Shown piece by piece: positions 36,014 through 44,787 of a DNA stretch of 64,000 nucleotides. A program made the position numbers and the translations under genes. The notes under the pieces are model-generated. The model saw only the letters and a program-made list of their open reading frames with translations, was not told the origin of the DNA and ran no database searches. Numbering within the stretch: position 1 is the first letter of the stretch; each line of letters begins with the position of its first letter. The stretch lies in the IMG/VR virus record IMGVR_UViG_3300017971_000001, positions 181,277 through 245,276 of that record; one strand, written 5' to 3'.

Positions 36014-36547
36014 GTGAGCTACCTGACCATGAGCGACCTCGGCGCGCTGGGTCAGCAGCGGAGTGCTGCTGAACAGGCGAAGAGTGTCTGCGCACAGTTC
36101 AAACAGCGCGCGACCGACGAATCGCTGACTGAAAAGAAGCGACTGGCGGCCGAGCGTGGGTACTTGGCCTGCAAGAAGTCGTTCTTGAACAAGAAGAACT
36201 CGAGTCAGGCGGTTTCTGCCGGAAGGCTCCAAGAGGACATTTTCGAGACCGGACTCCTCCCCAGCGAGGAGCGCGCGATCGAGCGGAGGGCGAAGGGCGG
36301 CACGATCGACGTCGTCCCGCCGCCCGACTGGACGGTTCGCTCCGAAGGCAGCACCGCCGACGCCCTGGAGGACATTCGCCGCCAGGTCGAACTCCAGCGA
36401 CTCGAAGAAGAGCGGGAGCGAATGCGGCGTGAACTTGAGACCCTGCGAACACGGCCCTCGGGCACTGGTCTTGCCGTTGGAGCCGGAGCGGCCCTGGTTG
36501 TGGGCACTCTGGGCGTGATCGCGTTGTTGTTGCGGAGGGGTGCATGA
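36014..36547 (+). CDS. Tail-anchored membrane protein
   Basis: SDLGALG; C-terminal TM then RR. Confidence 0.75.
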   Translation: MSYLTMSDLGALGQQRSAAEQAKSVCAQFKQRATDESLTEKKRLAAERGYLACKKSFLNKKNSSQAVSAGRLQEDIFETGLLPSEERAIERRAKGGTIDVVPPPDWTVRSEGSTADALEDIRRQVELQRLEEERERMRRELETLRTRPSGTGLAVGAGAALVVGTLGVIALLLRRGA

Positions 36548-37590
36548 GCGGACTCGAACTGGGAATGGGCGACTACATGCAGGTCGGCCCGGCGGCTCGC
36601 TTCGTGGGGCCGAACGCCGCTCAGGTGATCATGCGCGGGCCGCACGGAATGCGTCTCGCTGCTGACCCGGTCAAGACCCGCGAGGGTCGCGTACGCGGGT
36701 CCGGCTTCCGCTTCTGGGCCGAGCAGGAGCTTCCCTTCCTGGAGAAGCACCAGTCCTGGAACCCCGGGGCTCGGGTCGTGGGGCTCATGGGGCTCTCTGG
36801 GTTGGGCCTGATCAAGGGGCCCGGCTATCGCTACACCGACAGCAACGACTGGAAGAAAAAGACCAATGAGGCGATCGGCCTCCTCGCCCGTCTCACCTAC
36901 GAGCCGAATTCCGGACGCGTGCCCATTTCTAGCGCCGTTCTCAGCGGCCTGAATGTCCAGATCTCAGCAATCGACAGGGTCCTCAAAAAGGACGAGTCGA
37001 ACACTCGGATCTCGGAGGCGGAGATCGGTCAAGCAGACCGGGCGCGCCAAAACGCGATCAACATTCTCAACAAGTATCGAAGCGATACCCGCAGCTTCAC
37101 TGGCCCGGTCAGCGACTCGATCAATGCTGTGATCGGTCATTTCAACAACGTCGCCAACTACCTCCTTGACGTTCAACACGCGCGGCGATACGACCGCAAG
37201 GACGAGTTCTCCGATCTCCGGGCTCAAGCCGCCATGCGAGACCGGGAGCAGAGTTCTCAACCGCAGGTCGATCGCGACACTCGCGAGACCAGTCTCGACA
37301 GCATTCGCGCTCAAGTTGCCATGCGGGAGGCCGAGCGCAAGGGGTCGAGCTCGAGCTCTACGAACCGAAGCCAGCCCGCCAAGGCGACCGATCCCTGGTG
37401 GCGCTCGAGCGCCAAGGAAAAGGCGCGCGAAGGAGGCCGCACGACGCTCGGCACCGACGAGCTCAAGATCTCACTCAACACGGGCGGGTCGGGTAGCGGC
37501 CTCAGCACGCCGGTCATGGTCGGCGTCGCGGTCGTCGGCACGCTCGGCGCCCTGGCGGCGCTCAAGGTCCTGATCGGAGTTCGTTCGTGA
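36544..37590 (+). CDS. Tail-anchored membrane protein
   Basis: LGMGDY and LSGLG; C-terminal TM. Confidence 0.78.
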   Translation: MSGLELGMGDYMQVGPAARFVGPNAAQVIMRGPHGMRLAADPVKTREGRVRGSGFRFWAEQELPFLEKHQSWNPGARVVGLMGLSGLGLIKGPGYRYTDSNDWKKKTNEAIGLLARLTYEPNSGRVPISSAVLSGLNVQISAIDRVLKKDESNTRISEAEIGQADRARQNAINILNKYRSDTRSFTGPVSDSINAVIGHFNNVANYLLDVQHARRYDRKDEFSDLRAQAAMRDREQSSQPQVDRDTRETSLDSIRAQVAMREAERKGSSSSSTNRSQPAKATDPWWRSSAKEKAREGGRTTLGTDELKISLNTGGSGSGLSTPVMVGVAVVGTLGALAALKVLIGVRS

Positions 37591-38072
37591 GTGGGCTCCT
37601 TATGAACCAACTCGGACTTCTGCCTTCCGGCTGGAAGTGTCCTTACTCGACTCGCTCCGAGCTCGAGCGCGAGATTAGCGCGCTCGAGGTCCGCGCCTCG
37701 AACATGGATCCCGAGGACGTCCGCGCTCGCACGGAAGAACTCCGCGAGTGCCACATGCAAATGAGCGGTCAGGCGACCTATCGCTCGCACAAGGAGCGCC
37801 TCGACCTCCTGCAGCGCGCTTCCATGATCGCCCGCGGCAAGAAGTTGGCGAACGTCGATTCGACCGGACGGTTCCACCCGGATCCCCGCACGAGCGTGGT
37901 CGACCACCTCCCTACTGCAATCGAAGAGCGGGCTGAAGAGTTGCTCGAGGCGGGCGAGCGGGCCTTCGAGGCGATCACCCCCACCACGACCACCAAGATC
38001 CTGATCGGCGTCGGCCTCGGCGTGGCCGGTCTCTACTTTCTCAACAGCATTCTCAAGACCCTGAAGGGCTAG
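37587..38072 (+). CDS. Tail-anchored membrane protein
   Basis: C-terminal ILIGVGLGVAGLYFL. Confidence 0.75.
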   Translation: MSGLLMNQLGLLPSGWKCPYSTRSELEREISALEVRASNMDPEDVRARTEELRECHMQMSGQATYRSHKERLDLLQRASMIARGKKLANVDSTGRFHPDPRTSVVDHLPTAIEERAEELLEAGERAFEAITPTTTTKILIGVGLGVAGLYFLNSILKTLKG

Positions 38073-38076
38073 AGCC

Positions 38077-38904
38077 ATGCCTCCACCGATCATTCCTTTC
38101 CAACCTCAGGGCGCTGGCTGGGGTCCCCGGACTCCGCAGCACTCTCTCTACCCCAGCTTTACCCCCAACTGGAGCCCTGCTCCGGAGATCCCTGGCACGA
38201 CGGAGCCCGGCGGGGGAATGGTCTCGTTTACGTCACAAGGAGTAGCCGGTATGAACGGCATGGGCGACATGTTCACCTACCCCCAGGGCACCAACCCGCA
38301 GGAGTTCTACGCGAACTCGATCCCCAAGTCCCCGATTCCGATTCCGCAGCAACAGGCTCCCTTCGAACCTCCGCACGCGGCGCGGGTCACCGAAGGAGCC
38401 ATGGCCTGGGAAATGTCCACGGCTCCCTTCGACCTGGCCCCTCCCGCTCCTGCGCTCGCCCCTTCGGCGGCACCCGCCAAGATCGCCGAGGTTCACGCCA
38501 TGGGCCGGGCCGCGAGTGAGGCCAAGGCGCTCGAGGCCGCCCAGGCCGCCAAGGTCGCTGCCGACAACGCGGTGCGCGCGGCCCGGGTCGGAGCACCTCA
38601 GGTCGCCAACACCAACGCCGCGACGGCTGAGGCCGCGGCCAACGTGGCTGCCGCCTCTGCCAAGACCCCCCAGGGCCAGAAGCTCGCCGCTACGGCTCAG
38701 GGTCATGCGACGAAGGCCAAGGCCGCGGCTCGGATCGCTGCCAACGGCGGGAGCAACGGCATGAGCGATTTCCTGGAGCTCAGCGGCATGCACGGCATGG
38801 GTGCCGGCATGAACTGGATCCAGAGCAACAAGTGGTGGCTCCTCGGCGCCGGCGCTGTGGCCCTCGGTCTCTACATGACCAAGGGCAAGTATTGGGGCAA
38901 GTAA
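38077..38904 (+). CDS. Pro/Ala-rich tail-anchored protein
   Basis: MNGMGD, GMSDFLELSGMHGMG; C-terminal WWLLGAGAVALGLYM. Confidence 0.78.
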   Translation: MPPPIIPFQPQGAGWGPRTPQHSLYPSFTPNWSPAPEIPGTTEPGGGMVSFTSQGVAGMNGMGDMFTYPQGTNPQEFYANSIPKSPIPIPQQQAPFEPPHAARVTEGAMAWEMSTAPFDLAPPAPALAPSAAPAKIAEVHAMGRAASEAKALEAAQAAKVAADNAVRAARVGAPQVANTNAATAEAAANVAAASAKTPQGQKLAATAQGHATKAKAAARIAANGGSNGMSDFLELSGMHGMGAGMNWIQSNKWWLLGAGAVALGLYMTKGKYWGK

Positions 38905-38907
38905 GCC

Positions 38908-39225
38908 ATGCAGCACTGGAAGGAACCCGCTCCGCTGGGCGAGGCACAGCGGATCGGATACACAAAGAACTCGGTCATGGCCATGCCCGCGGCCTCGGCG
39001 TCTCGCTCGCCGAGCATGTCGGCTTACATGGCCCCGATCGATCTCCCGCCGGTCGTCAACAGCCCTGGCCCCACTTCGGGCGGAGGTCTCGCTGGCCGCG
39101 TGGGTGACTTCGCGACCTCAGCGGGCGGATCGACCGTGACCCTCCTGCTCGGCCTGGCGGTCGGCTACTACCTCGGCAAGAACTACGAACTGTTCGCGGC
39201 TCGGCCTGCGGCAGAAGAGTTGTAG
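38908..39225 (+). CDS. Small membrane protein
   Basis: VTLLLGLAVGYYLG. Confidence 0.7.
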   Translation: MQHWKEPAPLGEAQRIGYTKNSVMAMPAASASRSPSMSAYMAPIDLPPVVNSPGPTSGGGLAGRVGDFATSAGGSTVTLLLGLAVGYYLGKNYELFAARPAAEEL

Positions 39226-39228
39226 TCC

Positions 39229-39531
39229 ATGGATCGACAGCAACCCTACACCCCGTGGGTCGAAGCGCCTACGGGCTTGACGGTTCCGCCTCGGCAGCTG
39301 CCGGCGGCGCACGTCAACCAGTTGAGCAATCCGCGCCTGCTCGAGCAGCAGCGCGGCATGGCCCAATTGGCGGTAGGTGCTGCTGGATTCCTCCTCGCCG
39401 GCTACCACGGCTACCGGCGGAACGACTCCTACCTCTGGGGCCTGCTGTGGGGTCTCGGCGGATTCACTTGTCCTGTGGTGACGATTCCGATCGCCATTTC
39501 GCAGGGTTATGCCAACCCACTCAAGGGGTAG
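39229..39531 (+). CDS. Small two-TM membrane protein
   Basis: LAVGAAGFLLAGYHG and LWGLLWGLGGF. Confidence 0.72.
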   Translation: MDRQQPYTPWVEAPTGLTVPPRQLPAAHVNQLSNPRLLEQQRGMAQLAVGAAGFLLAGYHGYRRNDSYLWGLLWGLGGFTCPVVTIPIAISQGYANPLKG

Positions 39532-39533
39532 TC

Positions 39534-41039
39534 ATGCTCAGCTTCAACGAGCTCCAGGGCTTTGCCCAGGCCCACTCTGGTGACTACCGGTTCGGGCTTG
39601 ACGGCCGGAAGAAGGCGTGCTGCAGCAGCTGCGCGCACAACGGTCCGTGTGAAGGCGACAGCCACCAGCACGGGCTCGGGCGTCCGATCGATATCAACGA
39701 CTGGAAGAAGTGGATTCGTCACGAAGAAGCCGACACCATGCCGCCTGGGTTCCCTCCCCCCGCCCGTAGCTTCAGCCCGGCCTTCTCGGGACTCCGTGGC
39801 GCTACGGTCCTTACAGGCGAAGGGGATATGGACGATCCTCTGGACGCGCCACCGCTCGGGTACAAGTACGTCCAGACCACCAAGCCAAACACGACGGTCA
39901 TGGCGAAGCCCATGGGCGTTGTTCCGAAGCAGAGGCGGCGCGACGTCACGCGCATGATCGAGGAGCTCGAGTTCCTCGCGGCGACCCCCGGCGTCCACCC
40001 TCGCGCCCTCGCTTCCAAGATCTGGCAGGCGCGCAAGGCGCTCATGGAGAGCCAGGACTGGAGCTACGCCAGCTACAGCAATCCGCGCATGCGCTACGAC
40101 AGCAAGCGCGATCTGGAGGCGCGCCTTGCCTCGGTCGAGCGAGTCCTGGGTGTGGGCGACGTCAGCCCCAAGACCTTCGCGTTCTTCTACGGCATGGGCG
40201 GTCTGGGCAGGTGGCAGGGCCAGCAGGATCCGATCAAGAAGCTCGCGCAGTGCATTCAGGGGGCGATCTGCTTCCCGAAGGGCTACTGCTGCCCGTCTGG
40301 GACGCACTTCGACGAGCCCTACTACGACGACCCGCTCTACTTCGATCAGGGCTATCCCGAATACCCTGAGTACGGATACCCGGAGACCGGCGATCCTCGC
40401 CTTCCGCCGCCCATGGGCGACCCGCGTCAACCCCCTCCCTTCTTCGAGGAGACGTGGGGCGAGCCGCGTCGTCCGGGTGAGACCTATATCCCCGGACCCA
40501 AGTTGACCGAGCGCGGCCCCGTTACCTCGATCCCGGGCGCTCCGATCACGAGCATTCCTGGCGGATCGATCGGACCCGCCGGCGCCATTTCCACCGGCGG
40601 TGGAAAGATCGGACCTGCGAACGCTGGCCTGATCGCTGCGGGCGGGGTCGCTTCCGGTGCCGCGGCATCCATGCCCAACTCGGGCGCCGGTCCTGGCTCG
40701 ATCCTTCCTGGCGGAACGAAGACTTCGACTTCGACGGGCGGATCGCTTTCGGTGGACGAGGCGGTCAAGGCAGTCTCCATGCCGAATCAAAAGAAGTCCG
40801 TTCAGCTGCTCAAGCCAGGCACGGGAATCCTTTCGCGCCCGTATGTCGGCGCGCCCGAGCTCGTGCAGACGGGCCCTTCGGCTCAGGACTTTCAAGAAGC
40901 AGAGCGTCAGCGCCGCGCCGCTCGTCCCGGTTGGGGCGGAGGCGACGGCGGCGGAAGCATGGTCTCCCTGGGAGGCCTCTCTGCCCTGCAGCACAGCATG
41001 AACGCGGCCCGCATTGCGGCTCGCCGCCGGCGGAGGTGA
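39534..41039 (+). CDS. Cys/Pro/Gly-rich putative virion protein
   Basis: ATG 39534; CCSSCAHNGPC, MGGLG, CIQGAICFPKGYCC; Arg tail. Confidence 0.75.
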   Translation: MLSFNELQGFAQAHSGDYRFGLDGRKKACCSSCAHNGPCEGDSHQHGLGRPIDINDWKKWIRHEEADTMPPGFPPPARSFSPAFSGLRGATVLTGEGDMDDPLDAPPLGYKYVQTTKPNTTVMAKPMGVVPKQRRRDVTRMIEELEFLAATPGVHPRALASKIWQARKALMESQDWSYASYSNPRMRYDSKRDLEARLASVERVLGVGDVSPKTFAFFYGMGGLGRWQGQQDPIKKLAQCIQGAICFPKGYCCPSGTHFDEPYYDDPLYFDQGYPEYPEYGYPETGDPRLPPPMGDPRQPPPFFEETWGEPRRPGETYIPGPKLTERGPVTSIPGAPITSIPGGSIGPAGAISTGGGKIGPANAGLIAAGGVASGAAASMPNSGAGPGSILPGGTKTSTSTGGSLSVDEAVKAVSMPNQKKSVQLLKPGTGILSRPYVGAPELVQTGPSAQDFQEAERQRRAARPGWGGGDGGGSMVSLGGLSALQHSMNAARIAARRRRR

Positions 41040-41047
41040 GAAGAGAT

Positions 41048-42079
41048 ATGAAGCGACGCATTCGTAAGAACCCTTGGTTCAGCCCTCCGGCCATGCAGTA
41101 CGTGGCGCGGTTTACTCCGCCCCTCATGCTCAACCCGCCTCGGAGCAATCCGCGGGTCTACGGCGACTACGGCCCGCCGGCGCTGCCCCCACGGCGCAAC
41201 CCTCGGGTCTATGGTGACTACGGCCCGCCGGCGCTGCCCCCGCGGCGCAACCCTTCCCAGGTCTACTCGATCAGCTGCGACGGCGAGCACGTCGACTTGA
41301 TCCGCGCGACCTCGCCCGGCAAGGCTCGCTCGATCGCCTCCAAGCGTCACGGCATTCCCTTTCTCGAGCTCGACGTCATGGCGACCGGGGCGGCGAACCC
41401 TCCCCGCGCTCGCAAGATCGACCTCAAGGGAGACTTCCCGCTCATGAACAAGCGCCACCGACGGCGCCCGCGTTACTCGACCTATCGGACTGAAGACGTC
41501 GAGCGGCACATGCGCTACCCGCGCCGGCGTCGCTTCGATCCCGAGCCGGTCGGATACCGGGATAACCCCTGGGTCACCATGTACGGCCCGCGGCACACCG
41601 GCCCCTTCCAGCGCAAGCGCGACGCGCGGGACTTCGCTGACACGCGTCGGGGGCGCTACGGCGAGCACCACTCGGTTCACCGGCTCTACTCGCCGGGCGG
41701 GCAGTATGGTCGTCGCTCGCCGCATGTTCCGATCAAGCGTCGGCGCAACCCGGCCTACGGCGACTACAGTCCGCCTGCGGCCCCCTACGGCATGAATCCC
41801 CGGGGCCGGGGCGGGAAGCCTTCGCTTCACAGGGCGGCCGCCGCTGCTTCTCGTCGCGCTGCTCGGAAGATCGACGAGATCCTCAGCCAGATCGCCGAGA
41901 TTCCCAGTCTCACGATCCGTGATATCGAAGACGTGGTCGACGGCCTCCTCCACGTTCACGCTGGCCGAATTCTGCGCAAGCACAAGCTCTCGAGGTCGCG
42001 TCACAGCGATATCGAGCAAATGATCTCGGACGCGCTTTCGTATCGCAGCGAGGCCTACAACGAGATCATTCTCCGCTAA
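41048..42079 (+). CDS. Arg-rich NP-repeat protein (putative genome-condensing core protein)
   Basis: Nine NP dipeptides including RKNP, RSNP and three RRNP. Confidence 0.8.
   Translation: MKRRIRKNPWFSPPAMQYVARFTPPLMLNPPRSNPRVYGDYGPPALPPRRNPRVYGDYGPPALPPRRNPSQVYSISCDGEHVDLIRATSPGKARSIASKRHGIPFLELDVMATGAANPPRARKIDLKGDFPLMNKRHRRRPRYSTYRTEDVERHMRYPRRRRFDPEPVGYRDNPWVTMYGPRHTGPFQRKRDARDFADTRRGRYGEHHSVHRLYSPGGQYGRRSPHVPIKRRRNPAYGDYSPPAAPYGMNPRGRGGKPSLHRAAAAASRRAARKIDEILSQIAEIPSLTIRDIEDVVDGLLHVHAGRILRKHKLSRSRHSDIEQMISDALSYRSEAYNEIILR
41147..41254 (+). repeat. 51-nt tandem duplication (NPRVYGDYGPPALPPRR x2)
   Basis: NP codons at 41147, 41198 and 41249; a third degenerate copy near 41748. Confidence 0.85.
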
Positions 42080-42142
42080 TGGATCGGGTCGTCCGCCGAG
42101 CAGTTCGCTACTTGCTCCTAGAGAGCCTTGAGGGGTAAAACA

Positions 42143-43492
42143 ATGCACCGACGCGAATACAACCCCCGCTACTCGTTCTCCGAGCCGCGCCCAAACCCTG
42201 ATTGGCACCCGGGCGGTGGCATGCGGATCGGGGGTCGGTATCGCCCTGGCAGCGGACGCTTCCATGCGCACCGCGGATCGGGCTATCGCCACGGCGGCGG
42301 CCGTCGCTACGACGGCGAGTACTACCCCGGCGGTGGCTACTACCCCCAAGCCAATCCTGCGGTCGCCGGTATTCAGATCGGCGACAAGGTCATGCCGGCC
42401 TCGCGCTTCCATGCGCGCCGCTGCCCCTTCGTGCGCGGCCGCGTCGTCGACCTGAAGCACAAGAAGTACGGCGACCTCGCTCGCGTCGAGACAGAAGACG
42501 GTCGGATCGTGACCGTCACGCTCGACACGATCAAGCGCTGCGGCATGCGCACGCGCAGCAACCCGCGGCGTGTCCGTCGCAACTGGGTCCCCAGTCACTG
42601 GAACGAGTGCGAGTCCTGCGGCAACCGGTGCTATCCGCACGAGCGCCTGTGCGTCTACTGCGAGCAGGCTGAGTTCGATCGCCTGCCGGGTCATATGACC
42701 GAGCTCAAGCGTTGCCCGAAGTGCGACCGCTTCGCATGCCTCGGCGGGCGTCACTGCAAGCCTCGGCCTCGCGGTTCTGGCCCCGGCCCCTACCTCGAGA
42801 ACCCTTACGCCTCCAGGGCGAAGGCGAAGGAACTCGCGCGCCTGGTCGAGTCCAAGCCAGGAATCCGCAAGATCGCTCGCCGGACCTACAGCCACGGCAC
42901 GGTCCCCCGCGAGGTCGAGTGCGAACTCGAGCCCCTCGGGCCGTCCATGCTGCTCGGTAGTCGTCGCTACGGGCGGACCAAGGGTGGCATGGTCGACTCC
43001 TACGCCAAGGAGTTCGACTTCCCTGCCCCCAACGAAGAGGAGCGGAAGTTCGTTGTCTGCAAGGGCGCGAACGAAATCGAGGCTGTCGCTGACGCATTGC
43101 CTCCGGGCCGCGGCTTCAAGAAGCGGCTTGAGTCCGCGCTCTCGACGAAGCGCTTCCAGGGCAAGCTCCCCGTGCAGAAGCGAATCGATCGAATCATGAA
43201 GGGCGGCATGCTGACGCAGCGTCAGACGACTGCGTTCTTGAAAAGCACGGACGCTGATCGCCTCTACGAGTTGGCGGAGCTCAAGCGCCGGGTCGACCGC
43301 GTCTTCTACCCGAGTATGCGGAAGCTGCTCATGCACGAAGAGGTTTCGGAGAAGCTGAGGCCCGCCCCGGCCCGCAAGAAGCGTTCGACCAAGAAGAAGG
43401 CTGGCAAGAAGGTCAGCAAGAAGAAGGTCGCCGCCGCTAAGAAGAAGGCCAAGAAGAAGACGACCAAGAAGCGTCGCCGGCGGGGTGCTTAA
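42143..43492 (+). CDS. Basic NP-segmented protein with SH3/KOW-like and Cys-finger modules and Lys tail
   Basis: NP junctions separate a Gly/Tyr region, IQIGDKV..GRVV..VTV, CESC/CVYC/CPKC and a KK-rich tail. Confidence 0.78.
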   Translation: MHRREYNPRYSFSEPRPNPDWHPGGGMRIGGRYRPGSGRFHAHRGSGYRHGGGRRYDGEYYPGGGYYPQANPAVAGIQIGDKVMPASRFHARRCPFVRGRVVDLKHKKYGDLARVETEDGRIVTVTLDTIKRCGMRTRSNPRRVRRNWVPSHWNECESCGNRCYPHERLCVYCEQAEFDRLPGHMTELKRCPKCDRFACLGGRHCKPRPRGSGPGPYLENPYASRAKAKELARLVESKPGIRKIARRTYSHGTVPREVECELEPLGPSMLLGSRRYGRTKGGMVDSYAKEFDFPAPNEEERKFVVCKGANEIEAVADALPPGRGFKKRLESALSTKRFQGKLPVQKRIDRIMKGGMLTQRQTTAFLKSTDADRLYELAELKRRVDRVFYPSMRKLLMHEEVSEKLRPAPARKKRSTKKKAGKKVSKKKVAAAKKKAKKKTTKKRRRRGA

Positions 43493-44775
43493 TGGCCGCT
43501 CGCAAGAAGCGCGCCAAGCGCGCCAAGAAGAAGGTTCCGGGGCCGCGTCGGTATCACATTGAGCGCGCTATGGGCTGGGTCGATCACGGACTCGCTCACC
43601 CGGGCGAGCACGAGCACGCTTTGCGCGAGGCGCACGATCACCTGGTCCATGCCAAGCAGGCAAGGCGGAACCCTCGCCGTCTACCCGTGCGCAGCAACCC
43701 CATGCTGGCAGTTGTTGGCAATCCGCCTCGGCGTCGTCGCGTTCGCCGCAACCCCATGCTCGCGATCGTCGGGAATCCGCACGAAGAGGAAATGACCCCG
43801 GGCGCCATGCGCCGCCGGATCACCGAACTCAAGCTCGAGCTTGACGACGCGAAGTACTTCAAGCACTCGCCTATGCGGATCGCAGGACTCGAAGACGAGA
43901 TCGCCGAACTCGAAGACGCGCTTGACGCTGCAGAGGAACAGTTCGAGCGTAGGTCGCGCGCTGGACTTTCTCGCTCTCGCGTTGAAGACGAGCGCCGCCG
44001 TGAGCGCGAGCGCTACATGCGCGATCGCCGGCGCAACCCGCGTCCTGAAGTTCACCCGCTCGCCTACGAAGCGCGCCGCCGTTACCACGAAGACCTCATG
44101 GCAGGCCATGGAGACGCCGCTGAATACTGGCGCGGCCAGGCCGGGGCGTTCTTCACGGACGCGGTTCACCCCGACTACATGCGCGAGATCTACGAACTCG
44201 AGCAGCGCGAACTCGAACGCCGGAACCGAAACGCGACTGGCAAGCGCGCCAAGAAAAAGTCTGGCCGCAAGGGTGGCAAGAAGTCCAAAAAGCAAGTTGC
44301 AGGGCCAGGCGGACGGGATAGCTTGAAGAAAGAGGGCAGGAAGGTTCGCAAGAATCGGACTGCAGGGAAGTCCAAGAAGGCGAAGCCAAAACTCAAGCGC
44401 TACACGCTCGAGGAAGCCAGGAAGAAGTTCGAAGGATTCGACGAAGCGCTGAAGGCCTACAAGCGTTTTCACAAAGCGAATCCGAGCCACGTCGACGTCT
44501 ACGAAATTGACGACGGCAAGCCTGGCAAAACGGTTGACCGAGTTCATGCAGCACTCCACCGGACAGTCGAAACCAACTACCTCGTGCCTGACGGCTGGGA
44601 GTCCAACAAGAATGGCTCCCTCTGGAAGCACGAGCACGTTGAAGGCTTCAGCCTCGACAACCCCGTTGGCGAACCTGATCCGGAAGACTTCCCGCTCGAA
44701 GTGCTCGACCCAGCAACCGGCACGACTCGCAAGTTCGGCGGTCGCTTCCGCGTCACGACGTGGTGGTACGACTGA
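43492..44775 (+). CDS. Basic NP-repeat protein
   Basis: Eight NP; duplicated R(S/R)NPMLA(V/I)VGNP; TAATG overlap. Confidence 0.8.
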   Translation: MAARKKRAKRAKKKVPGPRRYHIERAMGWVDHGLAHPGEHEHALREAHDHLVHAKQARRNPRRLPVRSNPMLAVVGNPPRRRRVRRNPMLAIVGNPHEEEMTPGAMRRRITELKLELDDAKYFKHSPMRIAGLEDEIAELEDALDAAEEQFERRSRAGLSRSRVEDERRRERERYMRDRRRNPRPEVHPLAYEARRRYHEDLMAGHGDAAEYWRGQAGAFFTDAVHPDYMREIYELEQRELERRNRNATGKRAKKKSGRKGGKKSKKQVAGPGGRDSLKKEGRKVRKNRTAGKSKKAKPKLKRYTLEEARKKFEGFDEALKAYKRFHKANPSHVDVYEIDDGKPGKTVDRVHAALHRTVETNYLVPDGWESNKNGSLWKHEHVEGFSLDNPVGEPDPEDFPLEVLDPATGTTRKFGGRFRVTTWWYD

Positions 44776-44787
44776 GCGAGGTGCGCT

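Noticed and set aside
40907-43336. 809 aa minus-strand ORF
   Set aside because: Antisense to the NP-protein operon; no motifs
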